Of a DNA stretch of 64,000 bases, positions 25,701-40,700 are shown piece by piece. The position numbers and the translations under genes are program-made. Position 1 is the first letter of the stretch. Each line of letters starts with the position of its first letter. Source of the DNA: Tubiluchus corallicola (lineage: Eukaryota; Animalia; Priapulida); NCBI GenBank assembly GCA_030141605.1, contig JAQGDQ010000005.1:744180-808179 (forward strand). Reading direction: 5' to 3'. A model generated the notes under the pieces. It saw only the letters and a list, made by a program, of their open reading frames with translations. It was not told the DNA's origin and searched no databases.

Positions 25701-28700
25701 AAACACATAAAGTACATATTCCTTGACGATTTTGAGTCCAAGCAGATGCAACATGCAGAAAACATTGTAATGCTCGAGTTTGACACTAACAAATGTCGGC
25801 CCACCTGGGGTCACCTAAAGGACATCTACAGGGAATGTGTCAGACATATTGTGTAAGATATTCAAGTGAAACTTATGCTGAGGTGGTTTGACATGGTTCA
25901 TTAAAACATCAAGCATCTTTGACAAATGACTTAATTTTCTTTATTTTGCCAAAACCTTTTGTCCTTCATCTTAGATTTTTGGTATGTAGTAACCTTTGTA
26001 TAAAATGCATGTCAAATTGAATGACTAAGGTCAAAAATTTTGGGCCATCTGGGGTCACCCAAAAGGCATGTTGCAAACAATTGTGTAATAATGATAGGAA
26101 ATTAAAGTTTACAGTGAGGTGGATTTACAAGGTTCATGAAAAGGTCAGAGGTCAGTGGAAAAGCATCGCAACAAAAATGCTAAAGTCACAAGAATGAAGG
26201 CTTTCTTTTCATAAAGTAAATAATTAGGTTTTTGAAACTACTTACTTACATAATTGTTTACCAATTTACTCGTGCACTTACTTATTCCGATAGTTACTTT
26301 TGGTCTTACAGCAATTTTGATAAGAACTTCAAATGAGTATATATTTCACTGTTATTTGCTAACCTGTGTGTATTTCTGTAATGCAGTTTTATGACATTTT
26401 TGTATTATTAGAGTATGTACAATAGAATAATTTCTCTTCAGAACCTCTTGGAGTCTCGTTACATCAATTTTGGAATAAGCACAACTTACAGAAACCATTA
26501 TAATGTAACAGTTCTTGATACTGCAAAATGTTGTCCCATGCAGGGTCACCACCATTTTACATAATATTATACAATTTTTCTTCGGGGGCCATACACCGTC
26601 ATTGACAGTCTGGTTTCACTTACTTTTTAAATATTTTTTTAGTTTTTATTGGTGTTACACAAAGAAAATTATTAGATTTATTGGTTTGTGAGAAGCTACA
26701 TCACACTGACAGTGTGTTTTATGATGTGGGACCATAATGTACATGCACAGTATACCCATTTCTCAGTATTATAATTAAGAACTTAAAGAATTCTTCTTAA
26801 AAAATGGTGGTCCTAGTAGTCAATAGTTAAATGAGCTAAAACGTTCGAGCTACAGTACTTATTTAGTAAATCGTTTACTTCAGCTTGATCGTCAGTTTAC
26901 TTACAAGGTAGTTACGAAAATGTTACTTTAGCCACGGACTCTATATTCCTAATAATTACAGGCTTTAATAAACTTTTGAGTTTTGATCGCTTGTGATGTA
27001 ATTACTGAAGATCAGCCACATTGTGTTGTAACTGGAAACTACTGCATGAAGTTTAAGTGCTGGCCTCCATTCCTAGCCATTTTACGTAATTGGCTTTCCA
27101 CGTATTCCTGAAGCAGTAGAGAGAGTTTGAAATTGGGCTTTTTCTGAGCGATTGGCCTGTGTCAATGCTTCGCACAATTTATTTGTTTATAAAACTAACA
27201 AAACAATTCTGCTAAAACATGAAAGGTCGTCATCATGAACAAGTGAGCGTATTGGATATTACAGTTTTTTTCGTATTGTTATTGCCAAAAAGTGGCGAAG
27301 CTTGTTTAACGAGACTTTTTGATAATTTAAATCAACGTTGCATATTTGATCGAACTGAATGCTGAGTGGTATGTTTAAATATCATTTTGTCATGTGCAAC
27401 TTTGTTATTACTTTGTGCATATGAGTATATGTGTGTCAGCTATATAAGAAACCTGTGATTTCAAGATATTTACTGTATCAGCACTGTACATTCTTTTATT
27501 GACATTGCTGGTGATTGAAACGGTAATGACCAACAGTCAGTGCAAACTACTATATCCAAAGTACACATGAGTATATATTAGCATAATGCTGATTAATTGT
27601 ATTAATAGTTGCGCAGGTTGTGAAGTAACCACATTGGCTAAAGTAAATCATTAGTTTAAGTCTGGTTTGCAGTCCATCTGTTTTTGTTTTCACAAAAATT
27701 GTGTTTCGACCTGATATCTTGAGCAGCTACAAGTTGTGCAAATCAGATCTAGATTATGGAGTTCTACACACTGCAAGCTTAAATTAAACACTGCAGCAGG
27801 GCTACTTAAATATGTTGATGTTTGTGGCAAGACTGGAATCTGGCTCATTATCAATAGTAATTCTTTAACATGAAATAATGAAAAGGCAATTATGTTTTAA
27901 CCACGTTTAGTTCCTGATACAGCCTCACCCAGAAGCTTTTTTCCCAGTGGCTATCTCTTCATTTGCTAATCAAGGCCAGCATTACTAAACTTTGGTTACC
28001 GAGCAAGCTCATACTTTACCCTATTTTGGGTTTTAATGACGTTAAGCACACACGTTGCAGTTTAGCCATAACACACCGTTTTCTAGGCCAAGCATCATTG
28101 ATTGCCCCAAGTGGCCTATGAGTTTAGATAGGTGAATGTAAAGAAAGTTAAAGGCTGCTGTAGTAATTATGCCTTGGTGATATATTTATGTACAGGAGGT
28201 CTATAAACATGAAATTATATAATAGATTCCGCGCTGGCAACATTGTGCTTTGATCTTGTTAATTTTTGTGTAATGAGCGACATTTGACAAGAAAATGTAG
28301 AATGCTTGCGTGATGCATCCAAACTTCTGCAATTTGAAAAACCCTGAGAGGCTGAATTGGTTTACATTGAAATGTCAGAGTTTTTATTCGATTATCAATG
28401 CACTTGTGTACAACCTAGTTTTTATTGCTTATTTTTTGTGCATTTTAGTCTATTTAGTCTTGATGTTCACGGTGAGACTGGCAATAGCTCATTATCAAGA
28501 TTGACTTTTTAAAGTGAGGCATTGAACCAGTGTAGGTGGCTTGGGTACGGTGTATGTGCATACGTCCTTCCCCAACAAAATAAACAGTCAGAATCAGTAT
28601 GTCAAATGAAACTGCTCAGAGCGAATATTGAATCCAGGCAGTCACGATTGATTCACTAATTAGCTGTGCCATTGCTTAATTTAGTTATGAAGCACATGCC

Positions 28701-31700
28701 ATGACTACTCAACTATCTACTTTACCTCGTTGATGTCACTGCTTACTGCAAGCATCAAAATAGTCAAAGTTATGTGAATTTTAGCTACAAACTTTATAAA
28801 ATAAAAAAAAGTTGAAAGTGGTTTAAAGTGAAACCAGCAAATTGATGGCTTTTTTCCTTGTCTTTTACTGTTGCAGCTTCAGCTTCTAAAAAGCTTGAAT
28901 AAGCTATGTTTGTGACTCCATTCCATATTTTCTTTTGCTGATGACTTACTGGATAGTTTTTTTGCAGGATCAGTACGACAATCTATCAATGCACACTATG
29001 AAAGGTGTAGATTTTCTGGAGCGCTTTGGTCACTTTTTGCGAGATCGTTGTACAATAGAAGTGGAATATGCCAGCAAACTTAGGTAAACAAACATTTGGC
29101 CGCCAACAGTCTTGCGTTATAGTTTTTTGTGTAATGTTAATTGTTAATTAGCAATTTCTGCACAAGAAATTTCGTTTCTGATTTTGTAGCAAAATATGTA
29201 AATTCTTTTACTTGATAGTAATTGAATTTCTCTTTTACAGGAAATTGGTAAAACAGTACCAACCCAAAAAGAAAGAGTATGAGGATGTGCAGTAAGTAAC
29301 TTTTTCATTATTTTTTTTAAGTTACTTGTAATGATGTTGCCATCATATTTGTCTTAATTCCAAAGTTAGCTAAAATGTCAAAAGTTTTATATGTGTTAGG
29401 AAGATGACAGAATTTTTTTGATGTTAAAAATTAATTTTTGCTATCAGTTTGGTAACAGGTAAAAAGTGACTGGTGGTATTTTTGTACTACACATTTCTTA
29501 ATGTTTATTAACAGGTAAAAAGTAACTGGTGGTAATTTTGTACTACACATTTCTTGATGTTTATATAAAATTTAAAGATTATGTTTTATGTTAACTTACT
29601 AATTTTCATAGTAGTTTTGTTTCGCTATTACTTGCAAACCAATGTCCGGTTTAGTGCCAGACTTAGACATTATATATTTGTAACGCTTGATAGATATAAA
29701 CCAGATTGAATCATTTTTGACAGCCTGCTTAAAATTTGTTATAAATTTTCTTTGACTGCAGACAATGCATTGGTCCTTCTTGTTTTTTTTCAAGAACTAG
29801 CGATGTGGAAATTTTGTTGATTTTTGTGGCGACATACTGCTAGACTGTAGATTGTTTATTATGGTTATGTGAGGTTTAGTTTTAGGTTTTATAAATAGCT
29901 ACCTTAGTCATAAGAAAATTGAATTTTAAATTTAAGCATTATAAATAAAACATGCTCTGCAGTTAGAAAGGAGAGTGATCACCAACGATACAGCTAATTA
30001 CGTCAAAGTGTTAGTTAAGTAACGTGATTCACACTTTGAGTATGTTGTAGAAAGATCACATCTGTTTTTCCTTAACCAAAGCCCTGCATTTCTACAAAGT
30101 TTGCTTTGAATTCACTTTCGCACATGCGGACCACAAGGTCTGTAACTACGACATGGCTTTTGAGCTGTGCTAAATCTTTATACACAAACTCCACCATTAT
30201 ACTGTTCTAATTAAATTATAGCCTATGGGTATGTCTACAAGCTGCAAGTTTATGAAATACTGTATATCATTTGTATGTAATGGGGCAATTTTCTCTGATG
30301 TAAATATTTTAACCATCTTGGCAATGCATTTGCAATGCTCTACAGCTACATCTTAATCTTGAAATATTACAGCAGGTAAAGAAATTGCGTCAACGTGTAC
30401 TGTTTTTTCATCTTTGATAAACTGTAAATTAGTCAGCTTTTTATTAAAAAAACAGTTTCTGGAAACATACACTATCAAGTCGCATCGATAATGGACTTGC
30501 AGCAAGTGCAAACACTTGTGTTACAAATGCTTGACCATCTAATTTTCTAGTGTAACTCAAGGTGCATTCTTTAGTCATAAAGTACTGTATGAGTACAGTA
30601 TGTACATTGATAATAAGTGTCATTTAATGCCAGAGAGTTAACCAAAGCAGTTATTGATGACAAATGCTGCATGTGACTTGGTGTCTTGTAAACAAAATCC
30701 CATTTGTGGCAATAGCATGTTTCCGGTTAGCATGTTACTGTTAATTTCGAATTTTTTATTTCAGTTCAGACTATTGGGAGAAGATTCCAATAAGAATGTT
30801 AAATCACTAATTGACTAATTTCTGTTACAGCTGTGCAAAATAAGTGTAAATGTCAGTTCCCAAAAAATGCCAAGCAATTATATGGATGTTGGAATTTAAA
30901 AAGTTAAAAAATCAATGAAAATGAAATGCAAATGAAAATTAATTCTTTTCCTCATAAAATAAGTTTTTCAAATTTAATTTTATATGCTGTACCTGTAGTT
31001 TTTCATTGGTTCATTTGGACTGGTTAATTACAGACATTCAGGGTAATTATCATTTAACTTTTGTGCAACTTTTTCTGTCTTTGATCTCACCCAGAAATGC
31101 CTGAAGGTTTTTGTTTTAATCACAAGTATTTCTGCTCTCTTAGAAGACATTTTGTCGCATCTGACTATTTTGAATGTGGGGGAAAAATGATAGAAAACAA
31201 TGTTCAGGCAATAACTTCTATCGCATGTCTCCATGAGACCCTGTAAACGTGTTTGTTTTTACATAATATTACCTAAAAAGATCTGCATTTTTCCTTCAGT
31301 AAAGATTTTTCCATGTCGTTCTTTGGTTTAGTGTCTATCAGCATTGATTATCCTGCCTCAGATAATTTTTCATTATTGTGATCAGCTAGCTTCGTGAGTC
31401 ATTAGCTGAATAGCCTGCCATTTCTGTAGATGAACCCGCTAATCAATAAGTAATTGGACAAAAATCTTCTGTCATCAATAACTGCAAATTATTATCATAA
31501 TATAGCTGAAATTCAGAATTGTTTCAGTGGCATTCATAAGCAGGATATTGTAAAATAGATATATATATTGATAATTATTGTAAAATAGATATTTGGGTCC
31601 TTCAGCTTTGGCATAGAACAAAATTTGAATCTAAAAATTACATTTTAAATTTCAGGTACACCTATACAAAGTCGTACATACAAATGTTAAATGAGATAAA

Positions 31701-34700
31701 TGATTTAGCTGGGCAGCATGAAGTCATTTCTGAAAATCTTTCCGCTTCTATAGTCAAAGAATTGTATGGTTTAGTAAAAGAACTCAAAGATGAGCGCAAA
31801 AGGGTAAGCAAACAAAAAACTGCAATGTCATGCTGTTTGCCTTTTTAGAATTATATTAAATAATTTTTCTTAGCAGAAAATAAACCACTTAGTGTCTTTT
31901 AGTTTTTGTCTGTAATTAATAATATTTTTCTGCGTTGATAGAACCAAACAAAATTTGTACACAATGCAGATTAATTTTGTTTTGCAGAGTTTTTTTGTAA
32001 TTCATCAAGATATTTAAGATTTAATTTTAATTAATGCAGATTGTGAAGTGGAAGCCAACATTGATATTTGTTCACACACCATATTTGCTTAGTTTCTTGT
32101 TGTTAGCCTGTCATCTATGTAACTACAAGCTTTTGTGTTTGCTTTCGACTTACCTGAATGACTGGTCTGTCTTGTCAGTTAGTGAAAAAATGGCCATTGT
32201 GTTGGAGTGAATGACTAGCTGTGGTAAAGCACAATGCCGAATATCTCAGCATTAAAATTGGCATAATTAAGCCCACATAGTGTGCAAATTTTGCTTTACT
32301 TTATGAAACTGGACAAAGGCTGTTAGTGACATGAATAAAAGACTTTTATGTGGAACATTCTTCTATTTGGATATATTTTTCTTTTTGTTCCTCTGCAGAT
32401 TTGTTAATCCACAAAAGTGAAGCTGTTTCAGTCATTATAAAAAATTTTCAAAGTAAAAATTGAGAATGCTAAAGCAGATTTTTGATTTAACAAGTAAGTT
32501 AACTGGATACACACATACATACATATATGTATTAAAACTTTTTCAACAAAGAAAAATGGTATGTAATTTGATGTCTATTGCTGTATTGCAATTGGATAAG
32601 CTTATTTGTTCCATAAGTCATTGAAAGCTGAATAGCTGATTGACAAATAACTCAAGCTTGTTAAAGTAACTCAAACTTGTTATTTCTTTATGTTTTATAC
32701 TCTGTATAATGTAAGTGTTTTGCTTAAAGAATGCTTGAATATTTTTGCAGATTCTGAATGAAGCAATGAGACATAAGAATGCTCTGTCAGGTCAGGAAAT
32801 GCAGTTAGAAAAGGTAAGCTTGTTTTGTCACTCTAGCCAAGTTTTTGTATTTTGGCATTGACAATGTTGCATTAGTTGAAGTACTTAACCGTTGTGCTTT
32901 TTTATAATAAATGTGCATTGTCACACTTGTTTGTTCTACATAAATTTTAGAAAGTTAATTCATTTTAATTTGAGTGTTTTTATTTCAGTCTAAGAAAAAC
33001 TATGAAAAGGCTTACAAAGATTCTCTAAGAGCAAAGTATGCTTATGAGAAAGCAGAAGCAGATCTTAATTTATCACGAGCTGATGTAGAAAAGGTGCATC
33101 TTGTTTAGTGACATTTTTTCTTAGAAATGTATCATCTGAAACATTTATGAAAACTGTCCTGTGAAAAAATAAAAGTGACTCATCGTACAATTTTTTTGCT
33201 GAATGGGAATTAGTAATTGTTAATGTTGTTATCATTACTTTAAACAATTTAAATAACTCCTAATTGTTAACTGAAACTAGATAGGCTTTGCTGTCATTTA
33301 TCAACATTCTCTAAAGTTGTTTTGGTTAGGAGACCATAATGAGTTCTGAATTGCAATTGTCAATTAAGCTTGCACTTGTTGATGGGATTTGCTGTTGTTT
33401 TAACTATTTATTTTACTGGTGTTTAATTATGTATTTTGAAAGGAAAATTTTCCTGACAAGAAATTTTTTTTGTTTGTTTGTTTTTGGTTAGTTTCTTATT
33501 ATGGTGCACAGTGTACATAAAAGCATTTAAGGTAATTGTCATTTTTGTCCACTTATGTGTCACTGTGGTGGCAGATTTAAAAAAAATTCTATTTTTCGAA
33601 TTACAGCATAAAAACAATGCACAGCTGAAAAGTCAACAGTTTGAAGATAGTAAAAGTGAATATGCTAATCAGCTGCAAAAGTTTAACGACTTACAGCATC
33701 AGCATTATACCTCATTAATGCCAGCATCGTACCAGGTACTGAATTGTAATTTTTCTCTTGGTGATTAAAATGCTGTTGCAATATCTAGTGTTTTAAACAA
33801 ACATTTCTCTTCCCTTCTCTCTTTGCCATAGTTTGATTTTATTCAGTTTTAGCTTTAATAAGCAGTTGTGTACAACAGCTTTGTTTGTTTACTTGTAGGT
33901 GTGTTTGTGATGGCTTGATATGATAGAATAGATAAAAATCGTAGAAATTACTTCAGTAAAGTAATCTTAAAAACATTGTTAGCATGCATTCTGTATCTTA
34001 CTATGAAATGTGGTGACAAGTGAAAGAAAGGGAATCTCTTACTAAACTTGTACATGTATTACATTCAACACTTGCGTAGTTTCAATCTACTGTAGTCATA
34101 TTTTCTTTTACGTAACAATATCGTCAATACGCAAGTGTATTTCACAGATATCTTTATTAAAATAACTTTAAGCTGACATTATAAGAAAGTGTTGTCTGTG
34201 TGCTTAAGTTTAGCTTTAACAAGAGAAAAAGAGGATTGATAATTTACTCTTGTTTAGTCAAGCTGATTTTGTGTTTCTCTAATTTTATTGCTCTTAATGT
34301 ATTTTAGTATAATAGCTACATTGTGCCTCTATCAGATTTTTATTTTATAGGAATTACAAGACATGGATGAAAGGAGAATAGTTAGTGTGCAAGATTTTAT
34401 GAAACGTTCAGCTGATGTCGAAAAGGGTGTTTTTCCTATCATTGATACCTGTCTGAATGGCATCATGAAATCTGCTGATTCGATAGATGCAAAACAGGTA
34501 CGTGTATTCAGAAGTGAACAAAGATTACTGTATTATGTTCCAGTGATATTACTTTTATCTAACAAATATTATAGAAAACTGCTATTGTCCTCACTACTTG
34601 TTTTCAGATGTGTCACTTTCTAGAAATGTTAATCAGAGTGAGCAGGAATTCATCGACTATGCACCATAATTTTATTTTCAATTCAGTGTTGTTCATTGCA

Positions 34701-37700
34701 ATAATTTTTGAATGGTTGTTCTGTAATAATTTCTTATATAAGTCTTGTTAAAGAAGGCCAGTGGCTACTCGAGGTTACAGGAGAATTTTAAGGGAAAAAT
34801 GTGAACATGGGTCCGGAAAGTAAAATTTGAATAACTAATTTGCATATTATATGCGGTATCTGTTGATTTTCTTTTTGAAGCAGATTGAGATTTTGGTTAA
34901 CCAGTAACTTTCTGGTAAATAATTTCAAACGTAATAATGAAATATCTGTAAACTACCTTTACTGTGTATTTTTCAAAATGACTGTTACTTGTCATTTTCA
35001 GATTTAGTATGTAAGTATCGCTAGTGTAAGCCAAGAACTTAAACATTTTGAGTGAGACTTGACAAGAATCAAGGAAGTTTTCACACGATGTGCATGAAGA
35101 AGTTAATACAGTTGCATGCATATTTGCTTTTTTCTGCTCTTGCTACTGGGGGAAATTTTCTTTTTGGTTTCAATAGTCGAAACAATCAAAGCAAGCTCAT
35201 TGGATTCCTAAAAGTATTTAATTTTTTTTTTTATTTTAATGATAGGATTTAGGTCACACCATTTAAAATTGCTTTTACAATTTACCCCAGCATTCTACAT
35301 TTGAGCTTAAGTAAACTAATCGTGATCTAGCAAGACCTGTGGTTGGGAAATTTCTCGTAGTTCTGCAAATTTAGTTTCCTGCTGTTGTTTGGATGCTGCG
35401 TGAGATGTAGACTAATAAGTGAATAATGTTTAACAAAGATTTCATTGTTTTCCAGGATTCACAACTAGTTATAGAACGTTACAAGTCAGGGTTTGAACCA
35501 CCTGGTGATCAGTTATTTGAAGATCTCAGTAATATGGGATCAACACACTCAATACAGGATTCTCCTCCAGAAACTCCGCATTCAGTTGCTCGTAGGTCAG
35601 AAACGATGAAAAACATGAGCACGACATCAGGAAAGCCTAAAAAGCGTGGAAAGTTATTTGGAATATTTAGTTCTCAAAAGGTGAGTACAAGCTGTTTCTA
35701 CAGTTTGTCACTACATGTGCAGGAGAAGGTTGAATTAAAAAAATTATGAGCCTATTGACATTAAAATGATCTAGGGTTATATAAAGTGAGTAATGTCCTC
35801 AGCCATAGAAATTTTTATGTTTCTGTTGTGTTTTCCTCAGCTGTTATAGCGAGACATTAGAAACAAAAATGGATTGACATCAAACGATAGCAGTATACTT
35901 TGAATTTTGCTTGTTGAATCTGTGGTAGCTATGACCTGTTTGACTGAGTGATTTTTGGACATTGACATGAACGGATCAGATACTTTTCATTTGTTAATCT
36001 TTTTCAAATTACAGTGTTGAATATTTATAAAAATGACATGCTTAATAACAGTTATAAATTTTGTATTTATGTCTTGCACATGACATTGCTTAGTCTTTAT
36101 TGAAATACTGCTGAGGTTGTAATAGTAATTGTTGTGAATATCCACCATTTTTTATATAATTGCAAGGGTAATTAATTGTTTTATTCTTCTTTTATTTCTT
36201 GGTTCATTGACGTATTTGTGCTACATCATCTCATTTCACTTCTGTGTAAGTATCAGCTTAAAAAATGGTTGATTGTATAGAGGTGACAAATCATTGCTGG
36301 CGTAAGACTAACAGCATGATGCTTTAGCTTATTTCTTCAGATGTGTTTTTGTAGCAAGTTTGAAATTTTGTTTGCTGTTTGAAAGTAGATGTATCAATTA
36401 ATGACTAACATTTGAATATCAAGTCGGATAGTAGCTTAGTGAATTTAATTCAAGACCACTGATGCCATAATAACTGAGTGCACTGATTTGACTTGCCTGG
36501 TTTTTGAGTATAGTTCGACTCTTTGTGAGAATAATCAACTCCTGACAAAACATGAAAATGTGCCACAATCTTGCAAAGGTTTCCTAAGGAAAAGAAAATT
36601 TGTTATGGCCTCTGTTAGTTCTGTAAGTTTTTACATCTATTTTTTCATTTTCTTGTTGATCTGAAATGTGAAGTTGCATTTTAAAGATTAAGGAAATCTG
36701 AATTGTATAATGTACTTGTCTTCATAGTTGGCAAGTGATGATATGCTTTGATTCAATATTATGGACTTTTGCTAACAGCTATTTGTTGCATGCAAATGCT
36801 TAGGTCCTGTTTTGCTGTTGTGTTACGTAAAATAAAGATTAGCTCTGGGTGTAATATTATGAAGAGAGTTTTACAAGGCTTGTAAATTATTTTGTTTGAC
36901 AATCAAATATAAAATCTTTTGTTTTGCACAGTTTAAGCCAATTTGAAATGCAAGAATCATTAATAGTCACTATGTCTGTAACATTTCAAAGAGAAAGTGA
37001 AATGTGATGTTTGTTGTTTTCATAACATATACGTTTTGGGTTTAACAATACATTTGCTTTTTTCTGCTTTTATTGTGAAGCAATTTTATTGTAATTTCTT
37101 TGCTTCTGCTTTGTATGTAATAGTTGTTTATCATTTTCTAATACTGAAGTTATTTTTATATAACCACTTTTGTGTTTACAATTATACAAAGTTATTCGAC
37201 TTTTTGTATAAGTTTATAATAGCAATGTATGATTTGTGAGTACTTTTGTTCTCATATTGCACTCTCGTATAGGATGAAATGCACTCGGAGACTGCCATTT
37301 TATTTTGATTTATTAATTGTGTAAAAAAGAACAAGAAACTTTGTTTTATTGAAATTCTATACGTGTAAATAGTTTAGGTGTCACATATCACGAACCATAT
37401 TTCATAATTCTTATTGTAAGGCTAGCTTAGTGTACTGATATTACTGTGAGATTATTGCCAGATACAAATGATGTTTATTTTTTACTTGATAAGAATGGAA
37501 TTTTTGTTAATGTAGGTTTGACATTTGCATGAATTTTACAGTCTTGCAGATTTTTAAATACTAACCATTTGAGACTAGAGTTTGAATGTTATTAACTTAG
37601 AAAATGTCTGTACATGGATACGAGGTTGCGTGATGTATTATTGAGCATGCATTCTTTAAATAATTTGTTCTCATTTGTTCTATATTATCACGTTTTCCTG

Positions 37701-40700
37701 TTGGTGAATTGATGAACGAAAGAGTCCCCATTGCTATCGAAGCAGGTTTTATATAAATGTACCAGAGGTGTCCCCATTTAATCGATTTTTGCGAATATCA
37801 GGCGTTTTTCTAGTAATCAGTATGTCTCTAATAATTGGCCGAATATTGTAAATAATGTCTAATCTACAAACATCGGAAATATTCCACTAAAAAGCTTGAG
37901 AAGAAATGGAACAACTGGAATCTTTCTACTTGCACACACAACGCCTGTTGAAAACAAAGATGTTCATCAAGCATGTAACCAAAAGCTTTGTTTCATTCAA
38001 TGTCCTTTAACGTATTTCACTGTTATAATGATATAATGGCAACAAGCAAAACCAGTAGAGTTTGGAGTGTTTTAGAAATAAGAGCAGATGACGAGGGTTG
38101 AGTAAACCAAAAAATATGGAAATCAGTTACAATTTTCCATATAGCTATTCCAAATTAAGTTTCAGTACTGAATTAACATTTTATTTTAATTAATTGGTAA
38201 TCAGCCGATTATTTCTTCTAATCGGTTGTCGGTTAATAAGTATCGGTTAATCAGTAAATTTCACAATCAGTGCACCTCTAAAATATACTTTTTGCTTCTA
38301 AGGTTTTGGCTGAATTTATCTTCAAAGACAGATTTTTTTGCTATTATTATTTAACAAAGACTTGACAGTAATTGAGCAATTAAAATAATTGGTGTCTAGT
38401 CTTTAACAAGACTTTCTTAATTTTTTTGGTATAGGTGAATAATGCTTGTTGTTAATTTTTCCAGCCGGATGAAATGAAGGAGGATTACAGTGACTTACCT
38501 CCAAGCCAACGAAAGAAAAAACTTTTGGCAAAGTTGGACAGTTTACAACAGCAAGTTAACCAAGAGACTGCTGCCAGGTATGTATTCTTGTTTGTGCTGA
38601 AGATATCGCATTGATGTATGAATAGATTGCTGCGTAACTTTTAAATATTTAAGCACATTTATGTTCTTATTAATTATTATATATGTTACTACTAAATCTT
38701 TATAGTAACAGTTTTATATCTTTTTTGTAGGGATGCTCTGATGAAGATGAAATCTGTTTACGAGGAGAATCCTGCGCTTGGTGATCCACACAGTCTAGAT
38801 AAACAGTTGGCTGAAAACGGTGATAAGCTTGACAAGTTACGACTTGAACAGCAAAGATTTCAGGTATTTTTTAAGGCGTTGTTTTTCCTTCTCTAATAAT
38901 TGCCTTACAGTGATGCGTAAGAAATTTAGAATATCAGAAAACATCTTTCGATCTATGTTTTGTTTTAAAGATATTTTTTCTATTTTGGTAAATATTAATT
39001 TAAGTTACCAGTTACCAAAAGTTTGTATTATTACATGCTGTACTGAACAGTAGTTCAAGTGGTTGTTATTTTTGCTATCGTTATTCTTGAAATGTCCAAA
39101 ATTTCTGCTGTGCAGGATGTGTTCATACACGAAAAATTGCCACTTCTTGTTCTAATAACCTTAAACTCTTCTTCATGCAAAAGAAAGCCATTCTTAGCAC
39201 AAACGTGGTTGTATTTGTATTTTATTAATCAATATAAATTTTTAGACTTTTCTAAACGATGCAGAAAATAAGTTAACGCCAAATGCGCAGAAAAAGAATC
39301 GTAATAGTGTTGCTACGGACAACAAAATCTCACGGAGCGTATCAGATGTGAGTGCTGTATCAGCGAGTCAACGCAACTCTACACTTAGCATGCCAAACAG
39401 AACAACCGAGTATGTACACTTCATCCATTGTTTTAATATCGAACACAGTTTAGTTAGTTGAATGGAAAAATCTGAAAGAAACGAAACCAATTTCAAAAAC
39501 TTTTTCACTGTCCCATAAATAAGGGTGTCTTGTTAACCGATACTGTTGACATATCTCGCCACCTAAAACATAATTTTAGTTTATATATAAGTGATATAAG
39601 TATGTATATATATATACTTGTAAATTATATGTACGGTTATATGGTATATAACTATATATGTGACACAACTTACTATTAGGGATGTACCGAATCCCGAGAT
39701 GTGTTGTTGGACTTTGGACTGTTTGTATTCGTATTTTTCTACGTGTAAAACTACTAACTGTGAAAAAGATTAGAGAGCGTAAGAAAAAAATATGCATAAC
39801 AATTTAATTATCCGAATAGTCTTAGTTTTTCTACAAAATTGGAAGGATTTCTATTAAATCTTCACAAATCTTCAGAAATTTATAAACGCATAGCGCTGTT
39901 ACTGCAAACATGTCTGCTAGAAATTTAGAGCCGTCTACTCTACTTCCAGTAAGAGTGCAGTTTGGGGTTTTTTAGTTTAAATCAAATGCAGATCAAGTGT
40001 TCAAAATTACAGTACATGAATGTCTGCAGTGTTACCATTTAAAATGACTCAGTGATCCAGAAAATGGACAGGCATGCCATCACTTGAACAAAAGGCTAAA
40101 CAGATGAAATATTGTTTACATTAATTTGCAGATCTGAAACTGGAACCGGATTCAGTACATACAGATCCAGAACCAGCAAAGCTATATGCTTGTGGCAGGA
40201 CCAAAATCTAACTCACTAACTAAAGTTATTTTTCTCAGATAGCACAATGTGACATTCAGTTAATTCCCTTTCCCCCAAAGATATATGTTTATCATGTGTT
40301 GTGTATGTGCTGCATTGTGATGGAACCAGTGGCGAAGTGAGTTCACTGTGAGACTGTGAGGGTCATCTTTTTCACCAGTTGTTGTAGCGTCTCCAGCAGA
40401 TGGCACCACTCGGACAAAATTATTGAATAATAATTGAATAGCTAAAATCGTATCAGATATACTAGATTGTATGTCCAATGAAAATAGCAAATTATTAGCA
40501 TGTAAATTATTTCTGTGCTATGCCTTTTCAGTGTTTCACCTTCTACTGACGGTGACTTCTAGGCCACGAGAATTGATGATAGCATCTATAATATTTAATG
40601 CAGTAATAACGTAATCAAAGGCTGGCTTCACAAGGAAGTCCATAATATTTTTTTAACATTATTATATGTAGGCGTATATTGCATGAAAATTAGTCAAGCT

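Noticed and set aside
36281-36301. 21-nt AG...GTAAGA microexon candidate in F-BAR intron 9
   Set aside because: Contains an in-frame TGA and has a poor pyrimidine tract.
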